DNA of 64,000 nt, taken from Histomonas meleagridis 2922-C6/04-290x. Lineage: Eukaryota; Protista; Parabasalia. The stretch is from the NCBI GenBank assembly GCA_020184695.1, contig JAANOX010000203.1, forward strand, positions 1-64,000, in the 5' to 3' direction. The notes beneath the pieces are model-generated. The model was not told the origin of the DNA, ran no database searches, and worked only from the letters and a program-made list of their open reading frames with translations. Positions 12,271-22,868 of the stretch are shown piece by piece; position 1 is the first letter of the stretch, and each line of letters opens with the position of its first letter. The position numbers and the translations under genes were made by a program.

Positions 12271-12518
12271 ACATATTGTAAATAATAAAAATTATAATAA
12301 TTTCGAATCGTTTACTAATACGACAATTTTTAGATGAGAATTAAATAATTAAAATTTATCGAAAAATAATGTTTAATGGATTGAAAATAGACCGTGAAAA
12401 GACATTTCCCATCCTCAATATTACTAAAAAGAATAAATTATGTTAAAAAAAAAAAAAAAAAAAACTGCAATTTTGAATACAAAAATAAAATTAAAATGAA
12501 AAATGAGCTAAATTGCTT

Positions 12519-12968
12519 TTACTTAGTAAATTTTGGTTCGGTTTGAAGGAACTCTGCATCGTGACCAGTTTTAAGCGGTTCTTTTGATTCCTTAGTTTGT
12601 ATACATATTATGACCAAAGGTTCAGTTCCTGTATTCTTGTAGCAACGGCTAGCTCCAGTACCAACACGAATAACAGATCCTTCTTCAATTGGGAAGACAT
12701 TATCGTCAACTTGATATTCACCTTTTCCTTTGATGACTATATAGACTTCTTCATTTTCCTTATGAGAATGGAAGAATGAAAGTTGAACTCCAGCAGGAAT
12801 TGATGTATATGAAATTTCAGATCCTGTTAAATGAAGGGCTTGTTGCAAGAAAACTTTTCCTGGAATTGGTTGTCCAAAGCCAGTGAAAACATATTTTTCG
12901 ATTTCAGATGCTGGACCAAGATTAACAGCAGTGTAGTTGCTTCCTTCAGATATTGTTTTGATAGACAT
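12519..12968 (-). CDS. Cupin-domain protein, bacterial type
   Basis: GKVFLQQALHLTGSEIS…FFHSHKENEEVYIVIKGKG…EGSVIRV cupin motifs. ATG 12968 is preceded by Inr-like TCACTT/TCATTT. Confidence 0.8.
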   Translation of the reverse strand: MSIKTISEGSNYTAVNLGPASEIEKYVFTGFGQPIPGKVFLQQALHLTGSEISYTSIPAGVQLSFFHSHKENEEVYIVIKGKGEYQVDDNVFPIEEGSVIRVGTGASRCYKNTGTEPLVIICIQTKESKEPLKTGHDAEFLQTEPKFTK

Positions 12969-13297
12969 TACAAATAAAATGAAGTGATAACTCTTCCATC
13001 TTGAATCAGAAAATGTGATATGTTTTTTCAAAAGTTTACGATTGGTTGGGCAATCGTTTTGAATTAAAATTTCTATGCAAGAAGAAACGTTGTTTTCCTT
13101 TGCTTATGATTCTGTTATCAATAAATAAATTTATGTGGGAAGTTGAAATTATATTTTACAAATAAATAAGAAGGAAAAACACTTGTATTTAATGAATTTA
13201 AAATTATTCATTTTCAATGTAATGCTTTAAAAATTTTTGGTTATGCAATAAAAAATTATTAGTGTTGAAGATATAAAAGAAAAAAGATATTTTTCGT

Positions 13298-13858
13298 TTA
13301 AACGTGGTATAACCTGGACTTCCTGCGGCCACGAGCCATTTCGAACTTACGGCCATGTGCACGAACCTTTGGACGTGTTTTGCTGTTATCATCACCTGGT
13401 GCAGCACCGAAGTGGCGGCAAGCTTCACGGCGCTTACGGTCACCTTCGAGGAGAAGACATTTTTCACCAGTAGGGCGAAGTTGTGCAAGTTGATCGAATG
13501 TGATAACTTCACCACCAGCAGCGAGGATACGAGCGCGAGCTGTTTCTGAGAATCTGAGAGCAGCGACCTTCATTTTTGGAACAGTCAAAAGACGTTCATC
13601 ATTAACAATTTTAGAAACAACAACTGCGATTGTGTCGTCTTCCTTACCTTGAAGAGCAACAGCAAGACGTGAAAGTGAGTATGGACGACGGTTAGTGTTA
13701 GAAAGGCACATGCGATGGGCAATCTTCTTGTTGAAATCATTTCCTGTGCGTTGGGCAAGATAACTATAAAGTCTAAATAACATGTTCAATTGAACATTTT
13801 TTGACTTTGGAGTCTTCCTTGATTTGCGGGAAACACGGTGATCTATATCAACACCCAT
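13298..13858 (-). CDS. RPL18: 60S ribosomal protein L18 (eL18)
   Basis: MGVDIDH…LFRLYSYLAQRT..DFNKKIAHR…ARARILAAGGEVITFDQLA…GRKFEMARGRRKSR. Confidence 0.97.
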   Translation of the reverse strand: MGVDIDHRVSRKSRKTPKSKNVQLNMLFRLYSYLAQRTGNDFNKKIAHRMCLSNTNRRPYSLSRLAVALQGKEDDTIAVVVSKIVNDERLLTVPKMKVAALRFSETARARILAAGGEVITFDQLAQLRPTGEKCLLLEGDRKRREACRHFGAAPGDDNSKTRPKVRAHGRKFEMARGRRKSRLYHV

Positions 13859-13863
13859 TCGGA

Positions 13864-13884
13864 AAAGGATCGGCCAAAGCGGTT
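13864..13884 (-). promoter_or_regulatory. M3 (AACCGCTT) plus M5 (CCTTT) core promoter of RPL18
   Basis: The minus strand reads aaaccgctttggccgatccttttccgaATG. Confidence 0.7.
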
Positions 13885-14069
13885 TGTATCGATCAGCGTA
13901 AAACTTTGGAGTGCCCCATATTAACGGTTACCATATTATTAACCATGTTTAGTTTAAAGAAAAAGAAAGTGTTTTAAGCAAGAAACTTGAAACACCCTTG
14001 CTTTTTGTGTTTTAAAGAATCTTTTAAAAAATAGAAAAAAAATTGATTGATTTTTGGAAAAAGAGAAAA

Positions 14070-14417
14070 TCACTTATTGTTTATTCCTTGTACTTCACTT
14101 AATGGCCGAATTTGAATGTTATGCTCCTTTTGAAATGCGAGGAGCTCTTCTTCCTTTGCTTTAATTTTTGCATTGAAAGTTTGGATGAGCTCTTTTAATG
14201 AGGCTCTTTGTTGTTCAAGAGCTGGCTTGGCTTCTCCGATTGTCATTTGAACCAATACTTCACCAACAAGTCTGTAACATTTACGATCATCAGGAAGTTT
14301 GGCAATTGATTCAAGAACTCTTTCATGCTGTTGTAAATCTAATTCGAACTGTATGTTTTTGCTTTGAAGATCTTTTAATTCTGCGCGTAGTTTGTTGAAT
14401 TGTTCGCTGATAGACAT
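14070..14417 (-). CDS. PFDN2: Prefoldin subunit 2
   Basis: Coiled coil–EHERVLESI..LPDDRKCYRLVGEVLVQMTIGEAKPAL–coiled coil; likely ATG at 14417. Confidence 0.88.
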   Translation of the reverse strand: MSISEQFNKLRAELKDLQSKNIQFELDLQQHERVLESIAKLPDDRKCYRLVGEVLVQMTIGEAKPALEQQRASLKELIQTFNAKIKAKEEELLAFQKEHNIQIRPLSEVQGINNK

Positions 14418-15404
14418 TTTTGGCCACACATAACTTCCAAACAGAGATTGTGAAAATGAAACTGTGTTGAATTATTAATTATTAATGAAAAAATAATCAC
14501 ATGTTCCATCAAAAAACAAGAATCAAGGATACGAGGAACTTAGTCATCAAGGCTTGTTGTTAAAAGCGTTAGTTATGTTTTTGGCATTAAATCGATATTC
14601 AGTATCAATTTTCTCATCAAATTTTAAAAACTTAATACTTGAAAAGAGCTTTTATCACCATGTTTCAGGATCATGAAAACGTGATGTTTTTATTGATATC
14701 ATAATTTTTAATTATATGTTTTTTTTCTCATTGTCAAATATTTTAAAAGGTATGCCTGTCCTTTATTTTTCCTTTAATATTATTTGTTCTTTCAAATAAT
14801 ATGAGGACATTAGGAAAACATATCGAAAGAGAGCAAATTGTGAAAAATGATTTTTGTCATATCACATAAATTATATTAAAAAGTGAAGTCAGTAAAATAA
14901 ACTGATTGTAAAAAATTGAAGTATTTTTGATCGGTTTTAATAGAATTACGTTCAAAAAGTGATACCGATACTACCGATTTTTTTCCACCAGTTTAAACGA
15001 CAGAAAACAAATTTGTTTGTTTTTAAAAAAAAATGCGAGGAAGGGATTCTTTGGGTGTAAACGCGTGTTCATTCGGAATGAAATGTGTAAAAAAGGATAA
15101 GGGTCAAAAGTCTTACGACACTCAAAGCAATTTGCAAATGCAAGAGATTTAACATTGATTCGACTTTTTGACTAGAAACGTTTCTAGGAAGAAAATTTTT
15201 TGAGAACAAAATTGTTAAAATATTCAATTTTGAAAGATTTAGCGTAGGTTCTCAATTTTTTTTGCCAAAGTAAGAAAGCTTTTAAAAAGGCGTTCCGAGG
15301 AATTGAAATTTGACCGATTCACATCTTTCTCAAATCGATTTGACAGTAAGTTTGGTGAAGAATTCTCGTTCATATAAACTCATTGAAATCCTAACTTCTT
15401 TAAC

Positions 15405-16676
15405 ATGTTAAGCGAGCAATCACTCGTTGAACAAAAGGCAGAAGCAATGGATAAGAAGTTTGAAAGGCTTACGAAAAATATTAAAAAGCTTACAAATGAA
15501 ATTAATTCATTACAACATATTCATAATCAATCTGTTATCCATTTTTTACAACTTAAAAAAGAAAATGAAGCTATCAGGTATTTGTTCAAGATGGCAAAAA
15601 CAATTTATTCTAAATTAACATCTGATGAACAAGAACAACAACCAATTCCAAAGGTGACATTTATCCCAGCACAACCCCTTCCACCTGAAGTATTTTCTAT
15701 TACAACAATTCCTTATGAAGTTACTCCAGAAAATACCAAAATTCATCTTAAATATGCTATCAAGACAAATTCAGTCATATGCTCGGTTGCCTTTGATGGA
15801 AGTGGGAAATTTATTGCTTTCAGTAACTGCAAGTCCGTTTTTATTGTCAATACTGAACAAGGGACAATTCATACATATTTCAATATTTTTACCAATACTT
15901 TTACCAAAGAAGATTATCCGCGTTCTATTCGTATTAGTCCTGATTCCAATTACTTAGCTGTTGCCGATCCCCAAAACAACATCATAATTTTTTCAATTCT
16001 ATTAAACAAGGTTATTGCCAGTCTTTCATGTCATGAGAACCGGATATCTTCACTTCTTTTTTCCAATGACTCCCGACGACTTTATTCTGGGGGTTTTGAT
16101 GGGAAAGTTTGTATCTGGGATTTAGTTACCATGAAACTCATCAAAACAGTCATCAACGATCAAGTTGGTACACCTGGGCAAGCGAATCCAAACATGGTTT
16201 TAGCATTAGCCAAAGATGCCGATGATCAATTTATTGCAGTTGGATTCATAAACGGTAGCGTTGGGATTTCCGACATGGACTTTTCACAGCCACTGACATG
16301 TTTCCGTGCTCACGAAGAATCCAAGTATCTTCTTGATGTTGCCATTTCTCCATTTGATGGTATTTTAGCAACATCATCGAAAGATAACTCCACCAAAATA
16401 TGGTCAATTATTGGCGTGGCGAAATGTAAACACGTTTTACATGAGCACGAAGATATGGTATTATCTGTCTGCTTCTCTCCGCTGTCATCGATCTGCTTCA
16501 CAGGGAGTAAAGATGAGACATTTAAAGGTTGGGACTATAAAAAGGGCGAATTGTTGTTCTCGATGCGGGCACATAAAAACACTATATTCGAGTTGGTACA
16601 TCACCCAACAAAGAAAATAATAGCAACATGTTCAGGAGATGCGCATGTTTGCTTGTGGGAATATGATATACCTTAA
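15405..16676 (+). CDS. WD40-repeat protein with N-terminal coiled coil (Tup1-like)
   Basis: SVICSVAFDGSGKFIA, YPRSIRISPDSNYLA (compare Tup1 YIRSVCFSPDG), and about 7 WD repeats. Confidence 0.8.
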   Translation: MLSEQSLVEQKAEAMDKKFERLTKNIKKLTNEINSLQHIHNQSVIHFLQLKKENEAIRYLFKMAKTIYSKLTSDEQEQQPIPKVTFIPAQPLPPEVFSITTIPYEVTPENTKIHLKYAIKTNSVICSVAFDGSGKFIAFSNCKSVFIVNTEQGTIHTYFNIFTNTFTKEDYPRSIRISPDSNYLAVADPQNNIIIFSILLNKVIASLSCHENRISSLLFSNDSRRLYSGGFDGKVCIWDLVTMKLIKTVINDQVGTPGQANPNMVLALAKDADDQFIAVGFINGSVGISDMDFSQPLTCFRAHEESKYLLDVAISPFDGILATSSKDNSTKIWSIIGVAKCKHVLHEHEDMVLSVCFSPLSSICFTGSKDETFKGWDYKKGELLFSMRAHKNTIFELVHHPTKKIIATCSGDAHVCLWEYDIP

Positions 16677-16810
16677 GCTTATGTATTGTTGATTTTTATT
16701 GTATGAGAAAGGATCTTATGGAAAGAATAAAACTTAAACATTTAAATATTATTTCATATTAAATAAATGGAAAGCAAAATGTAGACACGTGTCGGAAAAA
16801 GCATATACAT

Positions 16811-17132
16811 ATTTTTTATTTTAATATTATTATTTATATTCTTTAAGACATTTTTTTACATTTTCCTCAAAATTTTTTTATTTTAATGTTATAATAGACA
16901 TTCTTCAAAACATTTTTTTACATTTTCCTCAAAATTTTTTTAATTTTAATATTATTATTTATATTCTTTAAGACATTTTTTTTTACATTTTCCTCAAAAT
17001 TTTTTTATTTTAATATTATAATAGACATTCTTCAAAACATTTTTTTACATATTCCTCAAAAATTTTTTTTATTTTAATATTATTATTTATATTCTTCAAA
17101 ACATTTTTTTGACATTTTCCTCAAAAATTTTT
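16811..17132. repeat. AT-rich tandem repeat, 5 copies, alternating 62/65 nt units
   Basis: The CCTCAAAA anchor recurs at 16865, 16927, 16992, 17054 and 17119. Units alternate ..tttatattctttaagac.. and ..taatagacattcttcaaaac.. Confidence 0.9.
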
Positions 17133-17297
17133 TCAATAAAAGGTATTTATATTTTGATAATCGAATCGAACATTAAACAAAAGCATACAAAACTTTTAAC
17201 GACAATTCGTTTCCCAAGGCCATTCTCAAAACCATTCGGCCGAAATTTCCATTTTATAAAAGAATTTGTTTCGAGAATAAAAATAAAAAAGTAACTT

Positions 17298-19667
17298 TTA
17301 TTTCAAATATTTTTTTTCGATTTTTTCTCTTCGCACAATTGGTATTGAGTTATTACACCTTTCGACCATCAATTCGGGAGTAATTTGATATTTCTCTACA
17401 ACATTTCCATAACCTTCCAATACATTATCTACAAATTTTCCGATCAATTTCGGAAGCGTTGGCTTTTTCTCCGGAATAAATTGGTGAAAAACGAACACCA
17501 AAAACTCATCTTTGTTTGGGAATTGATTATACTTCAGCACGTATTGTATATATAGAAAATGGATATGAATTTGCTGGTCGATTGGTCCGAATATTTTTTC
17601 TGATTGTTCCAACCACGTTGTCGATTTTTGAGGCAAATTATAATACGGCCGACAAGTTTTTGGACATATATTCACAACAGGGATACGAAAATCATTTAAT
17701 CCATATCCCCAATTTATGCCATTAATTTTGTTCTTGAATTCATTCATGTTAATTTGATTAATATCTCCAATTTCAACAAGTTTCGCAGCAACTCTTCTTT
17801 CATCAATTGTAAGCTCCGAGAAAAATGAAGGTAACAATGATAACGCTTTCTTAACTTGTTGTTCATCAGGATCATTTCCATCAATTGGAATATACTTCGG
17901 AACGTATTTATATTTCTTATGATCAACTTTAGAAGTATCAATTTCGATACATTTATGTGCAAGTAAAATTATTGGCATTAATTTATCGAAGTCATTTTTA
18001 CGAATTGCTTCTTTAATATGTAAATATGTACGAGCTATTTTTAAGAAGTCTTTAGCTTCTTGTGGAATCGGATAACCAAGTTCAGATATAATACTTTGAA
18101 GAATTGGAATTGAAGTTACATTTGATTTTATATGATTCATTGCTTCTTTTTCATTAACACCAATTACATTTGAACATAATGAACACCAACATGCAATACC
18201 AATTGGGATATGAGTAATGCAATAATAAGGAACATTAGTTAAGAAAAATGTACCTTTATGATATCTAAATCGAAATCGTAATTGTTCAGTAAGTTGTGGA
18301 ATAATTTCTTGAAGATATTCGATCTTTCGATCTTTGATTAAATACCAGATTAATGCATACCATAAATCAAAGTAACCAACTGATTTACCAGCAAATAATA
18401 AATTGGCTAAAGTTTTATCAGTGTATTTAATATGGGTTTCATTTTGTACTAATGATAAACAACCAATTAATTCACGACGTGTTATGGGTGATTTTTCAAT
18501 TGGATAACCTGTTTCTTCTGCTTCTTTATAAGCTCTTAATGAGATGGGATGATCAAGACAATTGATTATCTTTTCACAAATATGTGGATATCGAATTGCA
18601 TTTAATGGGTTGTTAATTATTGTGTTAATTATGTTCGAATCTTCTCCTTCTAATATTGGTTTATCTGGTTTAGAAATTAATAACACAATATCACTTTCAT
18701 CCTCATATAAAATTGGACATGTTATTGTCTCTTGACTTAATTCAAGTATTTCTAATTCATTCGTTTGAATGTTCTCAATAACATCTGCACGACGAACTCG
18801 ATCAGCATTAAATTTGGAACCAAGTGCTGATAATGAAAAAACAGAATTTAAATTGCCACTGGACATTCGAATTAAATGAAATAGTTTTGGTGGCCATGTT
18901 ATGTTATCATATTTTTGATGATATGTCGCATTTAATTCTTTTGTAAGTCGTATCATCTCTGGTAAATTTCCTTCCCAAAAACTTTTCTCCATTTTATCAA
19001 TATCGAAGCCTTCGGGAACTTGTTTCATTTCCATAAGTAAGCGCTTTTGAAGACGAGTAATTTCATCTTTAATTGATAAATCTGATTTACCTAAAGCTGA
19101 AGTAATAGTCAACGAAAATAATTCTTCAAACGATTTTTCAAATTCTTCAATTGTCTTAATCGATCTGATTTGTTCAATAAATTCTTGTGATGTTTTCCCT
19201 CCTGAAATAATATGTGAAGACTCCGTTTCTCCTTTTGGATATAAGTAAACATCATATAGATTGCCTCGAAGAAATGGAGCTATAACAGTCGCATCCATTT
19301 TGTCTGAACATGTTTGAATGAGATAACAATCAACATGATTAACATGAAAGTCATGTTCTTTGATATAATTGTCGAGATCTCGAACTGAACTTTCAGGAAT
19401 TTGTCCATCTGTTATTAAAATTAAATCTCCAGTAAACTCTTTCTCAACACAATATTTTGCAACCAATATTGGCTCTGTACAGCCCGATCCTCTCCTCTCT
19501 TTGTTAGTCTTAGCTAATTCTTCTTTTGATGCGACTTTTAAAACATGACTCCAGTAAATAACATCATAATTTGGATACTTTTTGAGTAGCGATTGTACTG
19601 TATCATGGTAAAAAGTACAACCGCATGTTGATCCAGAGTAGTCATATGCGACCAAAGGCAAAGACAT
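17298..19667 (-). CDS. Hypothetical protein with N-terminal vWA/MIDAS-like domain
   Basis: ATG 19667 follows Inr-like TCACTTCATTTT. Motifs YDYSGST, GCTEP and LITDG match the MIDAS pattern; the long C-terminal region contains TCPI and CPKTCRPYY. Confidence 0.7.
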   Translation of the reverse strand: MSLPLVAYDYSGSTCGCTFYHDTVQSLLKKYPNYDVIYWSHVLKVASKEELAKTNKERRGSGCTEPILVAKYCVEKEFTGDLILITDGQIPESSVRDLDNYIKEHDFHVNHVDCYLIQTCSDKMDATVIAPFLRGNLYDVYLYPKGETESSHIISGGKTSQEFIEQIRSIKTIEEFEKSFEELFSLTITSALGKSDLSIKDEITRLQKRLLMEMKQVPEGFDIDKMEKSFWEGNLPEMIRLTKELNATYHQKYDNITWPPKLFHLIRMSSGNLNSVFSLSALGSKFNADRVRRADVIENIQTNELEILELSQETITCPILYEDESDIVLLISKPDKPILEGEDSNIINTIINNPLNAIRYPHICEKIINCLDHPISLRAYKEAEETGYPIEKSPITRRELIGCLSLVQNETHIKYTDKTLANLLFAGKSVGYFDLWYALIWYLIKDRKIEYLQEIIPQLTEQLRFRFRYHKGTFFLTNVPYYCITHIPIGIACWCSLCSNVIGVNEKEAMNHIKSNVTSIPILQSIISELGYPIPQEAKDFLKIARTYLHIKEAIRKNDFDKLMPIILLAHKCIEIDTSKVDHKKYKYVPKYIPIDGNDPDEQQVKKALSLLPSFFSELTIDERRVAAKLVEIGDINQINMNEFKNKINGINWGYGLNDFRIPVVNICPKTCRPYYNLPQKSTTWLEQSEKIFGPIDQQIHIHFLYIQYVLKYNQFPNKDEFLVFVFHQFIPEKKPTLPKLIGKFVDNVLEGYGNVVEKYQITPELMVERCNNSIPIVRREKIEKKYLK

Positions 19668-20067
19668 TTTAAAATGAAGTGAATGGTGAAGTGTACACTT
19701 TTTCACATGTAAAACCGTATGAACAAATAACAACCGAAATTTTAATTCAAATTTTGTCATTTCATGTGTGAAATTGAATGGTATTTCAGCCAATACAACA
19801 TTATAAAAGTAAAATAACTTTTTCAACAAAAATTGACTCAATATATTTTCTTATGACACCTTGATAATATTTAAGTATAAACAATGAATATATACTTAAT
19901 TTTCGTTGTTAATTATTTGTTTCATCATTTTTTATCATTTGTTTTTTCATTATAATATTATTTCGAAAATCATACAATATTTATTTTTATACATATCCCA
20001 AAAAATTAATGTTAAAATTAAAATTTAATTTAATTATCATGAATAAAAATATCTAATTTCCCATGAA

Positions 20068-20347
20068 TTCATTGCTTCCGAAACATTTAATATTTCCATA
20101 AAATATTTTATTTACTATTTTCTTTAATTATTTATTTTATTACTCCTAAAAAACATTTAATTTCATTGATTCATTTCTTATTTCATTTCCACAAAATATT
20201 TTATTTACTTTATTTATTAATTATTTATTTTATTACTCCTAAAAAACATTTAATTTTATTGATTAATTTCTTCCGAAACATTTAATATTTCCACAAAATA
20301 TTTTATTTACTATTTTCTTTAATTATTTATTTTATTACTCCTAAAAA
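20068..20347. repeat. Three ~93-102 nt tandem copies of the 3' end of the beta-helix/RING gene
   Basis: TTATTACTCCTAAAAA recurs (TACTC at 20141, 20234, 20336). The last copy includes the gene's TAG stop (20341-20343). Confidence 0.85.
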
Positions 20348-22080
20348 TCAACAAAAATTTTCTTAAAATACGAATTCCCAGATCTACAGTACGGGCACGT
20401 TGTATTTGACGTGAACCACGTGCTCAAGCATTCGTGGCAGAAACCCATGTGCCCGCATGGCATCACAATGGAGTCCGCCTTTTTCTCGGAGCATATCAGA
20501 CAAGACTCGTCTTCGCTCACCGGGTAACCCTCTGTTATGTTCTCCACGTTAAATCTGCATAGCGGGCACATTCCTTTACTTTCGAGCAGTTCCTTTGCGC
20601 ATTTTCCGCAGTATACTCTATGTCCACAAGATTGGAAGAAGTAATTTCTCGGGTTAACTTTACACTTCAAACATTTTGTTGTGTCATAATCATTCACCAG
20701 TTCTTCATATTTCATACCTTCTTCGACTTTATCTTTATCATTAGTAACGTCATCACATTTAACACAATCGATGACATTATTCTTAAAGAAATATAACGAG
20801 TTGTTCTCACATGAAAATTGTTTGGGACAATCAATGATATTATTATCGAAAAAGTTTCCGCCGCCTTTCCATTTCATTTGGACAAAGGCTTCCTTCAAAT
20901 GTTCAACTTGATTATTATGACCATTAATTATTCCGCCTGCATATGCTAAAAATGCACTTTGTCCACAATTACAGAATTTGTTCTTCTCGAATTCGCATTT
21001 CGAATTATTAAATGATTCCGCACCTGCAACTTTACAATTGGAGATCAAATTAGAGATAATAACACAATCATTGGTGTCAGAAATGGATATCCCACATTCG
21101 TTGATGTCCGATAATATGTTATCTTTCATTGTGACACTTTGAGCATTACGAATACAAACACCACTTCGCTTAATGTTCGTGATCGTGTTTTGTTCAATGC
21201 GGCCTTCACTATTATTAAGTATTGCAACTGATGGAAAGTCAACGTTGTTAAAGGTGTTGGAAATGATCGTCGCTTCAGATGCTTCCGAAACATATATGGA
21301 ATTGCCGGCAATGTCGTGAATGTTGTTGTTAAAGATTTCGACATTCGATTGATTGGTTAATGAGATGGATGAGGACTTAATGGAATGAATATGGTTATAA
21401 GCAACAATAGTTTTGTCAGCATGTAATATACTGATTCCATTTTGTTCAACATCGTAGATGTGTGATTGAACAATGACAGCTCGAGAATCAATGACAAAGA
21501 TGGCGGGATAGGTAATGCCATGAAAGGTACAGTTGGAAACACGGAGAACAGATCGAAGAACTACATGCATTCCATTCTCATGTGAATTGTAAAATGTACA
21601 ATCTTCAAAAACTGCATAAGAACAACTAATGTTAACAAGTGTCTCTTCAAGATCATGAACAATGAGATTACGGAAATTAACTTTGGAGTTAAATTCGATA
21701 AAAATTCCGATGGTTTTGGTATCTGTAACTTCAGTATTGTTGACTTTGACATCACGAGAATATGTTATAACAAAAGCAGCACCTGAATCACTACCACCAT
21801 TTGTGATACGAACATTGTCTAACTCAACATTATTTGCAAATCGTAATACTAAAGAACCTTCGATTTCGATGTTGTTAAATGTGACATCAGCACTTGTAAC
21901 AAGAATTCGTGAGCATTTGATCTTCGATCGAATTTTAGAAGTAATTTTTAGCGCTTTTTGAATAGTAATTTGCTTCCCAGAAAAATCATATAATGGTTCA
22001 ACTAACTCGATCTCATCAATCCCAGGGAAAACACTTGATAATTCAATGCTTGTCTGTGTTAAGTTTTGTTGTGTTTTCAT
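20341..22080 (-). CDS. Right-handed parallel beta-helix protein with two C-terminal C3HC4 RING fingers (putative E3 ligase)
   Basis: Repeated I.NN.I.N…G I.I PbH1 units. RINGs: CLKC…CGH.YCGKC…CPLCR and CLIC…PCGH..FCHEC…CPYCR. Confidence 0.88.
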   Translation of the reverse strand: MKTQQNLTQTSIELSSVFPGIDEIELVEPLYDFSGKQITIQKALKITSKIRSKIKCSRILVTSADVTFNNIEIEGSLVLRFANNVELDNVRITNGGSDSGAAFVITYSRDVKVNNTEVTDTKTIGIFIEFNSKVNFRNLIVHDLEETLVNISCSYAVFEDCTFYNSHENGMHVVLRSVLRVSNCTFHGITYPAIFVIDSRAVIVQSHIYDVEQNGISILHADKTIVAYNHIHSIKSSSISLTNQSNVEIFNNNIHDIAGNSIYVSEASEATIISNTFNNVDFPSVAILNNSEGRIEQNTITNIKRSGVCIRNAQSVTMKDNILSDINECGISISDTNDCVIISNLISNCKVAGAESFNNSKCEFEKNKFCNCGQSAFLAYAGGIINGHNNQVEHLKEAFVQMKWKGGGNFFDNNIIDCPKQFSCENNSLYFFKNNVIDCVKCDDVTNDKDKVEEGMKYEELVNDYDTTKCLKCKVNPRNYFFQSCGHRVYCGKCAKELLESKGMCPLCRFNVENITEGYPVSEDESCLICSEKKADSIVMPCGHMGFCHECLSTWFTSNTTCPYCRSGNSYFKKIFVDF

Positions 22081-22475
22081 TCAAGGGATTTTGTTGCCGA
22101 ACAAAAAAGTGTCATAAATCACAAAATTTTGGATATGACCAACTTACAAAAAAGACTTCATTATGTGAAACAAATTTTATATTTGCTTAGGTAGTATGAA
22201 AACTAAGACATAGTTCAATTTATTTTAATTAATAATTAATATAAATTTAAAAAAATCGATTTTTCTTCATTTGATGCGTTGGAATAAAGTATTGAAAAGT
22301 GATCAACGACTCATTGAAAAAAGTGTAAACCTTTTAAAAAACAAAAAAAACGAAAATTTGTGGTTCATGAACATGGGGATGATTTGGTTTTTTAAGAAAA
22401 ACAAAGCGTAGTAACTTTAAACACAATTTAGGCTGTATGCGATATTTATAAATATATGATATGTGAAAATATATT

Positions 22476-22868
22476 TTAAATCTTCTTTGCATTGATTGCA
22501 GTTTTATAACAATTTTCTTCAAACTCGTCTTGTGATATAAACTTCCTTATGTGCGTTGCTGTTCCAATAAGTCCTGTTTCATCAAAGGCTTCAATTTCAA
22601 ATTCAACAAGATCTTTACTTGTTTTTTTGACTCTTGCAACAGCAGTGACTTTTGCGCCTAAAGCGGAAGGCCTTTTATGTGATAAATCTGTTTTATAACT
22701 AATTGTAGTTCGTTCATCAAATACTTCCTCAAGAGCTTTACATGCTGCTTGTTCCATTAGTCCTAGAAGAACAGATGTCGATAAGACATTTACACTCCCT
22801 GTTTTCATTACTGTTGCAAGGTTATCATGTGTAACTTTTAGAAATGCTTTTCCGACTGAAGTTTGCAT
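22476..22868 (-). CDS. FlK-like hotdog-fold thioesterase
   Basis: LAT.M.TG.V.VLSTSVLLGLMEQAAC…SHKRPSALGAKV…DETGLIG.ATH.R matches the fluoroacetyl-CoA thioesterase-type Thr/Glu/His pattern. Confidence 0.82.
   Translation of the reverse strand: MQTSVGKAFLKVTHDNLATVMKTGSVNVLSTSVLLGLMEQAACKALEEVFDERTTISYKTDLSHKRPSALGAKVTAVARVKKTSKDLVEFEIEAFDETGLIGTATHIRKFISQDEFEENCYKTAINAKKI

Noticed and set aside
12445-12464. A20 tract as a retro-insertion tail
   Set aside because: No flanking TSD or upstream retroelement body; it lies in an AT-rich terminator region between convergent genes.
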